Positions 51,123-60,748 of a DNA stretch of 64,000 nt are shown in pieces (the first letter of the stretch is position 1; each line of letters opens with the position of its first letter). This DNA is from Candidatus Cloacimonadales bacterium (GTDB lineage: Bacteria; Cloacimonadota; Cloacimonadia; Cloacimonadales; JAFGVF01): assembly GCA_963677495.2 (NCBI GenBank), contig CAXXOU010000004.1:640001-704000 (forward strand). Reading direction: 5' to 3'. The notes beneath the pieces were generated by a model, which searched no databases, was not told the origin of the DNA, and saw nothing but the letters and a program-made list of their open reading frames with translations. Both the position numbers and the translations under genes were made by a program.

Positions 51123-51862
51123 TGCGTGCAATAATTATTGATGATGAAAAGCTTACTCGAGAACTAATAAAAGAGATACTCACTTCTGAATTCTTAGGCA
51201 TCGAAATCATAGGTGAAGCTAATGATTACCAATCAGCTATTGATTTAATCGACTCAACAAATCCTGAGCTTATGTTACTAGATATAAATCTTGGGAACAG
51301 AACTATCTTTGAAGTGCTGGAAAAAGCCAACCAAACCAATGCTAAACTTATTTTTATTACTGCCTATTCTGATTATGCTGTTAAAGCAATCAAATACAGT
51401 GCTTTCGATTATATCCTTAAGCCAATTGTTCCTTCAGAACTTGTCAGAGCGGTCAACAAAGCTGTGCAATCAAGCAGTGATGAACAGGACCAGCAACTAT
51501 CTGTTTTAACTAAAAATATCACTAACCCTCAGAAGATAGTACTCAAGACATCAGACAAGATGCATATCGTGGATTTAAAAGATATTATATATTGTGAAGC
51601 AGATAATAATTACACTATCTTCCATCTTAAGAATGGTAAGAACCTCATTCTTTCGAAGAGTTTAAAAGTGTATGAAGAACTCTTGAACGATAGCTCATTC
51701 TTCAGAGTACACCAGTCATATCTTGTGAATCTGAACTCAATTATAACCTTCGAAAAACACGATGGGGGATACCTGGTTATGGCTAATGGTCAGAATGTCC
51801 CGGTTTCTACTACAAAGAAGAAGAAACTTATTAATCATCTGCAAACTATTTATAAGAGTTAA
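51122..51862 (+). CDS. LytTR-family response regulator
   Basis: IIDDE, LLDI, FITAY, YILKP, FFRVHQSYLVN. Its start overlaps the kinase stop. Confidence 0.95.
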   Translation: MRAIIIDDEKLTRELIKEILTSEFLGIEIIGEANDYQSAIDLIDSTNPELMLLDINLGNRTIFEVLEKANQTNAKLIFITAYSDYAVKAIKYSAFDYILKPIVPSELVRAVNKAVQSSSDEQDQQLSVLTKNITNPQKIVLKTSDKMHIVDLKDIIYCEADNNYTIFHLKNGKNLILSKSLKVYEELLNDSSFFRVHQSYLVNLNSIITFEKHDGGYLVMANGQNVPVSTTKKKKLINHLQTIYKS

Positions 51863-51901
51863 TACCGGGTACGCAGGCATCTTGCCTGCACCTGACAATG
51901 T

Positions 51902-52358
51902 TGTAGTGCAAGTGTCCCCACTTGCACATAGCTCGATAGAGCTATAATCGGAAATTCAATCGTGTTAATCAAGTAGTATTGATGCATTTTATCTACTTTT
52001 AGCGATTTGCAGTCAGTGGCATTTGCCGACTCTGTCGTCACAGCAATTCAGGAGAATCGCAGTACATTGTACCCCGATCACCCCTGATCGGTCTAATTTG
52101 TAGTGCAAGTGTCCCCACTTGCACATAGCTCGATAGAGCTATAATCGGAAATTCAATCGTGTTAATCAAGTAGTATTGATGCATTTTATCTACTTTTAGC
52201 GATTTGCAGTCAGTGGCATTTGCCGACTCTGTCGTCACAGCAATTCAGGAGAATCGCAGTACATTGTACCCCGATCACCCCTGATCGGTCTAGTTTGTAG
52301 TGCTTGTGTCCCCACTTGCACATAGCTCGTTTAGAGCTATGGTCGGAAATTCAATCGT
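51902..52358. repeat. Tandem array of a 197-bp REP-containing unit (about 2.3 copies)
   Basis: Units start at 51902, 52099 and 52296. Each has GTAG-TGCAAGTG-TCCC-CACTTGCA; the two full units also carry GTAC-CCCGATCA-CCCC-TGATCGG. Confidence 0.92.
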
Positions 52359-52415
52359 ACTTTATCTAATCTAATGCTTAATATTTCTCGATAATCTCCT
52401 TCCTTCGTTATTCCT

Positions 52416-52502
52416 TATCCTAAAAGGATAATCCAATGTTAGCCATGGTGCTTTAGCCCATGGATAGGAATAGAAAAACAATCCGACCCTGAAGGGGTCG
52501 CC
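52416..52502 (+). repeat. TAGC three-hairpin module, near-identical to 55584-55670
   Basis: TATCCTAAAAGGATA...TAGC-CATGG...CCATGG...CGACCCTGAAGGGGTCG. Confidence 0.88.
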
Positions 52503-52505
52503 CAA

Positions 52506-52958
52506 TCACACTATCAAATGACTAAATTCCTCATATCGCGGAACCATGGGGATTAATCCTGTTTCCACAGCTTCTTTAATTGTTTTAACCGGTAAATCAT
52601 TATCAAAAACCTCCTGTGGGGTGATTGTTTGCAAATCAATACCCGGTAACGCTTTCTTTAGCATATACATCAGTTTCATATTCATCGATGGACCGTTTAA
52701 TCTGGTCCCATGTCCCATTAGCATGACATTCAAACGATCTGCGTAATTGCGTAAATCGCAAAGATAATCAGGACTCAGGTCCTTGTAATACTGTGAAAGG
52801 TGACGAGTTGTGTTTCCGATGATTGTATTCTGCTCGGAATGTTTTGGAACTACATAGTCGCGTGCATAGCCTTTACCGGTAAACTTATCAACATAATAGA
52901 CAAGTTCGTCCAATTTCCCTGAAAAGGCACCAAACGGTTTCATAAGATTAACTTTCAT
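52506..52958 (-). CDS. Hypothetical 150-aa protein (N-terminus reminiscent of DUF6266-type proteins)
   Basis: GGAG SD. Motif FGAFSGKLDELVYY...YARDYVVP..S.QN. The family resemblance is from memory and has not been searched. Confidence 0.7.
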   Translation of the reverse strand: MKVNLMKPFGAFSGKLDELVYYVDKFTGKGYARDYVVPKHSEQNTIIGNTTRHLSQYYKDLSPDYLCDLRNYADRLNVMLMGHGTRLNGPSMNMKLMYMLKKALPGIDLQTITPQEVFDNDLPVKTIKEAVETGLIPMVPRYEEFSHLIV

Positions 52959-53259
52959 TCTGGATCTCCATCAGATTAAGTTAGTTAATTGGTTTTGAGA
53001 GAATGTGTTACACATCGTAGGGACATAGCACGCTATGTCCTTCGGAGTTTAACTCAATTCTTTAGATAGTATCACTATCCCTTACTACATTTTGTCTTCA
53101 AACGAGGATATAGCATGCTATATCTTGCATTAGAATCAATTATTTCTCTCAAGAAATATTTTCGACTACCAACATTTAATGAACGCACGTAAATAACCAT
53201 CCATGAGACAATTAACTACTAAACATGCCCCAAGTCAAGAAGAAACTTCCGACAAGCTA

Positions 53260-53288
53260 AAAGTTATCCACACAATGTGGATAACTTT
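53260..53288. promoter_or_regulatory. Inverted pair of perfect DnaA-box consensus 9-mers
   Basis: TTATCCACA (53264-53272) and TGTGGATAA (53276-53284), 3 nt apart, within a 13-bp-arm palindrome. Confidence 0.55.
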
Positions 53289-53612
53289 GGCCTTCGCCAA
53301 GGAGGGTCCTTGGTGGCTCCTTGGTGGTTCCAACCCGGTTCCATGTTTTTGATTGGGGGCGTGGATAGGGCAGAAAAATTGGAAAAAATTGGCGAGTAAC
53401 TGGCGACTAATTCCGTTATGGCAGAATTAAGATTAAGTTAGATAGATAGATACTACTCCAAAAAATTACCCAATAATCGGGACAGAAAACATCTGCCACA
53501 TATAAATTGGTATATTCTCAGTCCAGAATGCTAATAAAGTACTTGACATCTATATTACTATGCAATGTTATTATGTTCTTGTTTTTTAGATGAAACAAGA
53601 AGGTGAATGTAA

Positions 53613-54836
53613 ATGAGTTATCGAAGATATAGGTACTATAATAATTACAGGTATTACAATTCTAGAAAGAAGACGTTTTATAAAGAGATTAATTTTGACT
53701 TTGAATCTGAACGAATTGTTTTGTCAGATTTTTATTTACATGAATTTATGCATGCTGGTGATGATTATTGGAAAAGAATTCAGAGTTGTTATTCAAACAT
53801 GTATGGAAATATTTCTCTGTCGTATGTTAAACGACAAAGGACTAGTTGGATGACAGGTAGCTTTCATTTAACAAGTCTTATGAAAGGTAAGATCTTGAAC
53901 GTCATGCCTCAATGTTTAAGTGACACAGCCAAGCATAAAATAAGAGTTAATAATTTTATATTCTGTATAAAGGATACTATTGAAAGATACAATAAGGGCA
54001 AGCCTAATCAATATAGTTATTTGAGAACACCTTCAAGAATAACGACAATAAATGAACTAAATGAGTACTTTTGCGACAATTATCGAAACATCGAAACTAT
54101 TTAAATTGTTAAACCAATGAATAGATTTAGTTCCGAAGAAGATCTAGAGGAAGCCTTAACGTCTTGTAAATACTTATTATCTCTTAGTGTTTCTCAGGCT
54201 TATTCGCAAATAGTTAGAGACATAACTCTTTTTAAAGGATATTTTTCTACGCTTGACGGTTTAATATCTACAGCAGTTTATACAACAAATGCTTTCAACG
54301 TTACAGTGGACTTTAGTATTTTTGATTTTGCCCTAAGTAATTTGGAATATGGATCTAAGATAGCAAAACCATCTTTTGCTAATGATAGTTTAGAGCTTGA
54401 TACAGACATTTCGAAGAAGTATTTTGCATATGAGTTATCAAACTTACATAATAAGTTGAATATTGCTAAGAGTAACTCTTTTTTAAATGAAAATGACCTT
54501 AATCTACTTGTTGAACAGGTTAGGATGCACAGAATAAACAAAAATAAAGTACATATTGATTCTAAATTTGTAGGTGAAGGCGGGGTTCTTAAAACGAGTA
54601 TTCATTTTCGACCCCTTCGCAATCTGATTACATTTATTTGTTTGGGAGTTTTATTGTTTTTACTTGTTGTAATTGCTCTATCATCAATAATTTTCTTGAC
54701 TACTATTGAAAAAGAGTTTGGAATACTCTGTGCTGAGATTGGTGTTATTGCACTTATATGTTACACTAATTTTTATCGTTTCAAAAGAACTATTTTTAAC
54801 ACATTTAAGGAGATTAAGTGGCATGCCAGACAATAA
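53613..54836 (+). pseudogene. AT-rich hypothetical membrane protein interrupted by an in-frame TAA (54102-54104), or two small ORFs
   Basis: ORFs 53613-54104 and 54117-54836 are in the same frame, 4 sense codons apart. No obvious SD before 54117. Confidence 0.5.
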
Positions 54837-55206
54837 TCAGTTAACTAAGTTTGATAGCACAAGGATCATTGATATCATTGATAGAATCCCAAATTTGACA
54901 CAACAAGATAAACATGAACTATCTCAGAAGATTGCTTCTGAAGAAGTAGAAGTAAGGAACCGTGCTTTAGAAAAAATTGCAAAAAGTAGAATTGCTCAGC
55001 ATGATTTCTCGGTGATAATGAATGAACTGGCTGAAATGAAAAAACAAGGAATGTATGTGCACGCCACACAGCAAATGGAGACAGGATCCGGTCATTTTAG
55101 TATAAAAGTAAAAGGGGGAGATACAAAGTTGATAATACCAGTTTTGTTAATAATAGCTTTTATTATAATTGTCTCAGTAGTATTAATCATAGCTTTCAGT
55201 TCCTAA
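54823..55206 (+). CDS. Hypothetical protein with C-terminal TM anchor
   Basis: AAGGAG SD precedes ATG 54823; overlaps the upstream stop; hydrophobic C-terminus. Confidence 0.65.
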   Translation: MPDNNQLTKFDSTRIIDIIDRIPNLTQQDKHELSQKIASEEVEVRNRALEKIAKSRIAQHDFSVIMNELAEMKKQGMYVHATQQMETGSGHFSIKVKGGDTKLIIPVLLIIAFIIIVSVVLIIAFSS

Positions 55207-55296
55207 ATGTATCCAAGTTGTTTATTGTAGATAAATAAAGCATCGTGTTATTCTCGCTTCCTTTCCGAGTATGACACAGGTTTTCGGAGTTGTATC

Positions 55297-55832
55297 TAAC
55301 CCTGGAAGGGTTACCTTTGAGTAGCCCCGAATGCAATTCGGGGTTCATAGACAGTAATCTAAATCAACCCCGAAGTGGGTTGAATATGCTTATAATAGGG
55401 TGTAATTATAGTATATTCGACCCCGTTGGGGTCGTGGATGTTCGGTAGGCTTGATACCATGCATTGCATACATGGCTACTCACATTTTATCCCTTTGGGA
55501 TAATGTCTTGCAATCCTAAAGCTTTATTAGGAAGTCCGTTCTCCCGTTGGTCGCGACAAACTCCCTAAAACGGGATTGTATTATATCCTAAAAGGATAAC
55601 CCAATGTTAGCCATGGTGCTTTAGCCCATGGATAGGAATAGAAAACCGATCCGACCCTGAAGGGGTCGACCATTCAAAATATTTCTTGTTACATTTTACA
55701 TTGGTATCTTCAAACATTTGTTGCTATCACCCAATATTGTAATGGGCAACCCTGTCAGGGTTGATTCTTAGAAGGGTATTTTCCCATAGGTTGAAACCTA
55801 TGGCTAACAATGGGTAACCCTTTTAGGGTTCA
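55297..55832. repeat. Two inverted pairs of TAGC three-hairpin modules (REPIN-like, gene-less)
   Basis: 55297-55386 pairs with inverted 55415-55502, and 55584-55670 with inverted 55746-55832. Same architecture as the tnpA flanks. Confidence 0.8.
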
Positions 55833-55835
55833 ATT

Positions 55836-55865
55836 AAAAAAGAGTGCCTTTTACGGCACTCTTTC
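55836..55865 (-). terminator. Intrinsic terminator of gcvPA-gcvPB
   Basis: AAAAAAGAGTGCC-TTTTAC-GGCACTCTTT. Confidence 0.8.
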
Positions 55866-55887
55866 AATATATATACAATACTCTGAG

Positions 55888-57348
55888 TTAATCTTCAGGT
55901 ACGTATCTTACGTTAAGTTTTCTGGCAGCAAGCACATCATCAACACGTCTAACAGGGGTTGAGATTGGTGCATGGTGCAAGAGATCAGCATCAGTTTCGC
56001 ACTCTTTAGCAATCTTAATCATTACATCTACAAACTCATCGAGTGTCTCTTTACTCTCAGTTTCTGTAGGTTCAATCATCATAGCTTCTTTGATGATAAG
56101 CGGGAAGTATACTGTTGGAGCATGCATACCATTATCGAGAAGTCTCTTTGCGATATCGAGAGTAATAACGCCATACTTCTCTTTCTGCCAGGTAGCATCA
56201 GCAACAAACTCATGCATACAATATGTATCTTTATACTGGATATTGTAATATGGTGCGAGTCTTGCTTGGAGATAGTTTGCATTAAGAACAGCATTCTCAC
56301 CGGCAGCTCTGATACCTTGAGCACCAAGCATTTTGATATAGACAAAAGCTCTTACATTCACAGCAAAGTTACCAAAGAAAGTATGCACTTTACCGATAGA
56401 AGTTTCCTGATGTCTGTAATCAAGGTAATAAGTGCCATCTTCTCTTTGATCCACCATTGGAACTGGAAGGTAAGGAAGAAGTGTTTCAACCACACCAACA
56501 GGACCTGAACCGGGGCCACCACCACCGTGTGGGGTAGAGAAGGTCTTATGAAGGTTGAAATGAAGGACATCAAATCCAATCTTACCGGGTTGTACGATTC
56601 CAAGAAGAGCGTTAAGGTTAGCACCATCCATGTACATGAGACCATCAACGCTATGGATGATCTCAGCAATCTCCTCAACTCTGCCTTCGAAAAGACCGAG
56701 TGTATTTGGATTAGTAAGCATGAAACCCGCAGTATTCTCATCAACAAGCTCTCTAAGGTGCTCGATGTCAACTTTACCATGTTCATTAGAAGCTAATTCA
56801 ACAACTTTGAAACCTGCAAGACTGCAACTGGCAGGATTAGTACCATGTGCAGAATCAGGCATAATAATAGTGTCTTTATGTGTATTACCTTTTGCTTTGT
56901 GATAAGCAGCGATAAGTTTTAAACCAACGAATTCACCTTGAGCACCGGCAACAGGCTGTAATGTAACATTTGCCATACCGGAAATCTCTGCTAAATCGCT
57001 CTGAAGCTCATGCATTATCTCTAATGCACCCTGTACTGATTCTTCAGGTTGGTAAGGATGTACATTACCTAGTCCTGAGTTACGTACAGCAACTTCATTA
57101 ACTTTCGGGTTGTACTTCATAGTACATGAACCGAGTGGATAGAAACCTTTATCAACTGAGTGATTCTTATGAGCTAAGTCAAGGAAATGACGCATTGCAT
57201 CAAGTTCACTAACTTCCGGAAGCTCAGCTGACTCTTTTCTTTTAAATCTATCCGGGAGAATACTATCTAATTTTACATCAATATCATTTTTAGGAAGTGT
57301 GTATCCTTTGCGTCCTGCACGGCTATTTTCAAAGATAGTCTTAGACAT
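55888..57348 (-). CDS. gcvPB: Glycine dehydrogenase (decarboxylating) subunit 2
   Basis: YPLGSCTMKYNP, AHGTNPAS, HFNLHKTFSTPHGGGGPG, EPTETE. Confidence 0.97.
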   Translation of the reverse strand: MSKTIFENSRAGRKGYTLPKNDIDVKLDSILPDRFKRKESAELPEVSELDAMRHFLDLAHKNHSVDKGFYPLGSCTMKYNPKVNEVAVRNSGLGNVHPYQPEESVQGALEIMHELQSDLAEISGMANVTLQPVAGAQGEFVGLKLIAAYHKAKGNTHKDTIIMPDSAHGTNPASCSLAGFKVVELASNEHGKVDIEHLRELVDENTAGFMLTNPNTLGLFEGRVEEIAEIIHSVDGLMYMDGANLNALLGIVQPGKIGFDVLHFNLHKTFSTPHGGGGPGSGPVGVVETLLPYLPVPMVDQREDGTYYLDYRHQETSIGKVHTFFGNFAVNVRAFVYIKMLGAQGIRAAGENAVLNANYLQARLAPYYNIQYKDTYCMHEFVADATWQKEKYGVITLDIAKRLLDNGMHAPTVYFPLIIKEAMMIEPTETESKETLDEFVDVMIKIAKECETDADLLHHAPISTPVRRVDDVLAARKLNVRYVPED

Positions 57349-58691
57349 TATTTTACCTCCTGAATAGCTTTCACAAGGGCATCCATTTGAGCCTTTGTTT
57401 TCTTCTCAGTAACTGCAACCATCAACTGATTTGCATCACCGTATGGTGCCATATCGATACCGGCATAGATACTCTGTCTTGCCAGTGTATGAACAATCTT
57501 GTCAGCAGGTACAGGTGTGTTTATTACAAACTCTCTGAAGAATGTTGAGTTTGGATAAGCAAGACTGAATCCATCAAGCTTTGCTAACTCATCAGCAAGG
57601 TAGTGTGCCTTAGTCATGGCAAGTGTAGCAACTTCTTTAAGTCCCTCTTTACCCATTAATGTCATATATACAGTTGCAGCCAACACGCAGAGTGACTGGT
57701 TAGAGCAGATGTTCGATGTTGCTTTTTGACGCTTGATATGTTGTTCTCTAGCCTGAAGAGTTAAGCTATAAGCTTTCTTTCCATCAGCATCAAGCGTAGC
57801 ACCAACGATTCTACCCGGCATTGTTCTTGCATTTTTAATACTGTTTGTAGCGAAGAAACCAAAGAGTGGTCCACCGTAGTTTACAGCATTACCGAGAACC
57901 TGACCTTCACCAACAACGATATCAGCGTTATACTCAGCAGGTGAGTTTAGAATTGATAGACTGATTGGGTCAGCAGAAACAATGTACATTGTTTTTGGAT
58001 TTGAATGAGCAATCTCTTCAACTGCGAAAGCATCTTCAAGGTTTCCGAAGAAGTTAGGAGTTTGAAGAATGACACAAGCTGTTGCTTTATCAGTTTTAGC
58101 TTTTATATCATCAAGATCAACCAAGCCGCCTTTTGTCTCAGCGTATACTATTTCAGTTCCAATACCTTCGGTATAAACTTTTATTACTTCTTTATAGTTA
58201 GGATGGATTGTACCGGCAATAACTGCTTTATTAAGACGAGTCTTGCGAACAGCCATAAGGATAGCTTCAGCTATAGCAGTTGCTGCATCATACATAGATG
58301 CGTTGGCAACTTCCATTCCTGTAAGGTTACAAATCATTGTCTGATATTCGTAGATATACTGCAAAGTACCTTGGCTAACTTCAGCCTGATAAGGAGTATA
58401 AGCAGTAAAGAAATCAGGTTTAGATACTACAGAATCTACTGCAGCAGGGATAAAGTGATCATAAACTCCACCACCGAGGAATGAGTTTGCACCAAATGAA
58501 CAGGTGTTCTTGTTAGAAAGGACGTTAATTCGGTTGAGAATCTCAAGTTCTGAAACAGGGTCTCCCAGGTTCAGAAGCTCTTTTAATACGAACTTTTCAG
58601 GAATTGGGGAGAGCAGCTCTTCAAACTTCTCTACACCAATCGCTTTTAACATTTCCTGACGATCTTTGTCAGTATTGGAAATATACGGCAT
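57348..58691 (-). CDS. gcvPA: Glycine dehydrogenase (decarboxylating) subunit 1
   Basis: TAYTPYQAEVSQG, NASMYD, QAREQHI.R.KATSNICSN. Confidence 0.97.
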   Translation of the reverse strand: MPYISNTDKDRQEMLKAIGVEKFEELLSPIPEKFVLKELLNLGDPVSELEILNRINVLSNKNTCSFGANSFLGGGVYDHFIPAAVDSVVSKPDFFTAYTPYQAEVSQGTLQYIYEYQTMICNLTGMEVANASMYDAATAIAEAILMAVRKTRLNKAVIAGTIHPNYKEVIKVYTEGIGTEIVYAETKGGLVDLDDIKAKTDKATACVILQTPNFFGNLEDAFAVEEIAHSNPKTMYIVSADPISLSILNSPAEYNADIVVGEGQVLGNAVNYGGPLFGFFATNSIKNARTMPGRIVGATLDADGKKAYSLTLQAREQHIKRQKATSNICSNQSLCVLAATVYMTLMGKEGLKEVATLAMTKAHYLADELAKLDGFSLAYPNSTFFREFVINTPVPADKIVHTLARQSIYAGIDMAPYGDANQLMVAVTEKKTKAQMDALVKAIQEVK

Positions 58692-58982
58692 ACATATCTC
58701 CTTTTAGTTTATTATTTTGCCTGCATTGATTGTAAATATATAATTTTGTCAATAATAAAGACAAAAGCTAAGTTATCAATCTTGCAACTACATGATAATC
58801 AGTTTGATATGATTTCATAATGGTTTCCACTTTTTCGACGCAAAACTTTTATATTGTGATTTATTTAACGATTCCCTGTTTTCTTTATCTTAATTTGTAA
58901 GGAATGCAGTTTTCAGTAAGTGGGTATCGCTCAAATTATTATTGACAAATTAACATATGAGAATTTCCTCATTCTCACATGC

Positions 58983-59074
58983 GGAGAAGTGTCCGAGCTG
59001 GCCGAAGGAGCACGGTTGGAAACCGTGTGTACGTCACAAGCGTACCTAGGGTTCGAATCCCTACTTCTCCGCCA
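58983..59074 (+). tRNA. tRNA-Ser(GGA)
   Basis: Acceptor stem GGAGAAG/CTTCTCC, discriminator G plus CCA, anticodon arm CACGG-TTGGAAA-CCGTG, long variable arm, GTTCGAATCC T-loop. Confidence 0.97.
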
Positions 59075-59271
59075 TCATTATATCTGCTTAGTTGTACTAT
59101 CCCCACGTAACTCAGCAGAAATACAGTACCTTTAGAATGGTCCCTAGACCTTCTAAATGGTACTCTTGTTATATGTCAATGGCAGTGAGAAATGGTACAC
59201 GATGGCAGTGAAAAGTGGTACAAAACTGCCAACCTTTAAAAATGACTACTTCAAGACAGTTTGGAGTAGGT

Positions 59272-60747
59272 ATGATTGGAGTAGAAGTGTATCATTCAAT
59301 AAAAACTATGCATAAGCAAGGGCATAGTCAGCGTAAGATCGCAGAGGAGTTGTCTCTATCAAAGACAACAGTAGGTAAATACATAAATATGACACTTGAT
59401 GAGTTCATGGAACTAATAAACAATAGCATTCGTGAAAGCAGTTTTGCCATATGTGAGCAATATGTCCGCGAAAGGCTTAGCAAATATCCACGATTAAGAG
59501 CTAGTGTACTATATTTAGAAGTTAAGAAAAAGTTCCCTGAGATAAAAGCAAAAGACAGAGCTTTCCGAGATTTTGTTCGTAAGCTAAAGCAGACTTATCC
59601 TGTCGATAAATACCGTAATTATGCAGTAATCGAGACGGCTCCCGGTGTTCAGGTTCAAGTTGATCCAGGTGAGATGAAAGTAGTTTTGGGTAATAAACGT
59701 CAAAGAGTTTATTTTATAGTTTTTGTGCTTTCCCACTCGCGTCAAAGCTATGTCCATTGGAGCACAACACCATATAACACATCAAGGTTTATTGAAGCTC
59801 ATCGTGAAGCTTTTATCTATTTTGAAGGTATCCCTTCAGAGTGTGTTTACGACCAGACAAAGCTTGTAGTAATACAGGAACGCTATCGGGAAGTAATCTT
59901 AAATAATCAGTTCCATCAGTTTGCAGCAAAAACGGGCTTTCATCCTCATGTATGCGAAGGCTATGATCCACAAAGCAAGGGTAAAGTAGAGCGTAATGTC
60001 TCAGAAGTAAAGCATGGCTTTATGTATGGCAAAGAGTTCAAAGACCTGGCAGACCTGCGTTCACGCGGACTTGAGTGGCTTTTACACTTTAACGGCAGAA
60101 CCCATGGCACAACCCGTAAAGTACCATCAGAAGTATGGCAAGAAGAGAGGTTAAAGCTAAAAGATATTCCAGAGTTTATCTTCACTTTAGAAGTTCGTAA
60201 TGCAGATAAAACAGGCTTAATCTCGTATGAGGGTAATAAGTACTCTGTTCCATTAGAGTATCAGCGAAAACAGGTATATGTGCAAAAAGAAAAGAGCACT
60301 TTAGTGGTGATGGATATTTATACAAGAAAGGAAATCTGCCAACATGAGCTATGCACAGAAAAAGGCAAAATCATCAAAAACACTAATCATTATCGGGATT
60401 TTACGGTAGTGCTACAAGAGCTTATTGAGCGAGTAAAGGATGAGATGAGTGAATATATCCAAGGAGAAGAACTAATCCAGAGGCTTGTTAATGATAACCC
60501 TAAAATAGCAAGGGATCAGTTGAGAGCCTTAAGCAAGTTTAAGCGTAACTATGAAACAGATGTATGGGAGTCAGTGCTTCCTGAGGTAATGACTCTTTCG
60601 CATGTAAAGGCAACAGCCATAGAGAAGCTTCTGAATGCAAAAGTAAGACAAATGAAGCTAAATGAATTATCAGAATCAGAACCACAACAAGACTCAGAGA
60701 GTTCATTAATAGAGCGCTCATTAGATGACTACATGAAGGTGTTATAA
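59272..60747 (+). CDS. istA: IS21-family transposase IstA
   Basis: Protein identical to copy 1. Confidence 0.95.
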   Translation: MIGVEVYHSIKTMHKQGHSQRKIAEELSLSKTTVGKYINMTLDEFMELINNSIRESSFAICEQYVRERLSKYPRLRASVLYLEVKKKFPEIKAKDRAFRDFVRKLKQTYPVDKYRNYAVIETAPGVQVQVDPGEMKVVLGNKRQRVYFIVFVLSHSRQSYVHWSTTPYNTSRFIEAHREAFIYFEGIPSECVYDQTKLVVIQERYREVILNNQFHQFAAKTGFHPHVCEGYDPQSKGKVERNVSEVKHGFMYGKEFKDLADLRSRGLEWLLHFNGRTHGTTRKVPSEVWQEERLKLKDIPEFIFTLEVRNADKTGLISYEGNKYSVPLEYQRKQVYVQKEKSTLVVMDIYTRKEICQHELCTEKGKIIKNTNHYRDFTVVLQELIERVKDEMSEYIQGEELIQRLVNDNPKIARDQLRALSKFKRNYETDVWESVLPEVMTLSHVKATAIEKLLNAKVRQMKLNELSESEPQQDSESSLIERSLDDYMKVL

Positions 60748-60748
60748 G

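Noticed and set aside
51859..52238. Duplicated 60-66-aa ORFs (and 61592-61783, 61982-62362)
   Set aside because: By-products of tandem non-coding repeats, with no convincing SD.
56..58484. Numerous short antisense or alternate-frame ORFs nested in long genes
   Set aside because: Shadow ORFs of well-supported CDSs, with no independent coding evidence.
58920..59135. 71-aa ORF
   Set aside because: It overlaps tRNA-Ser completely.
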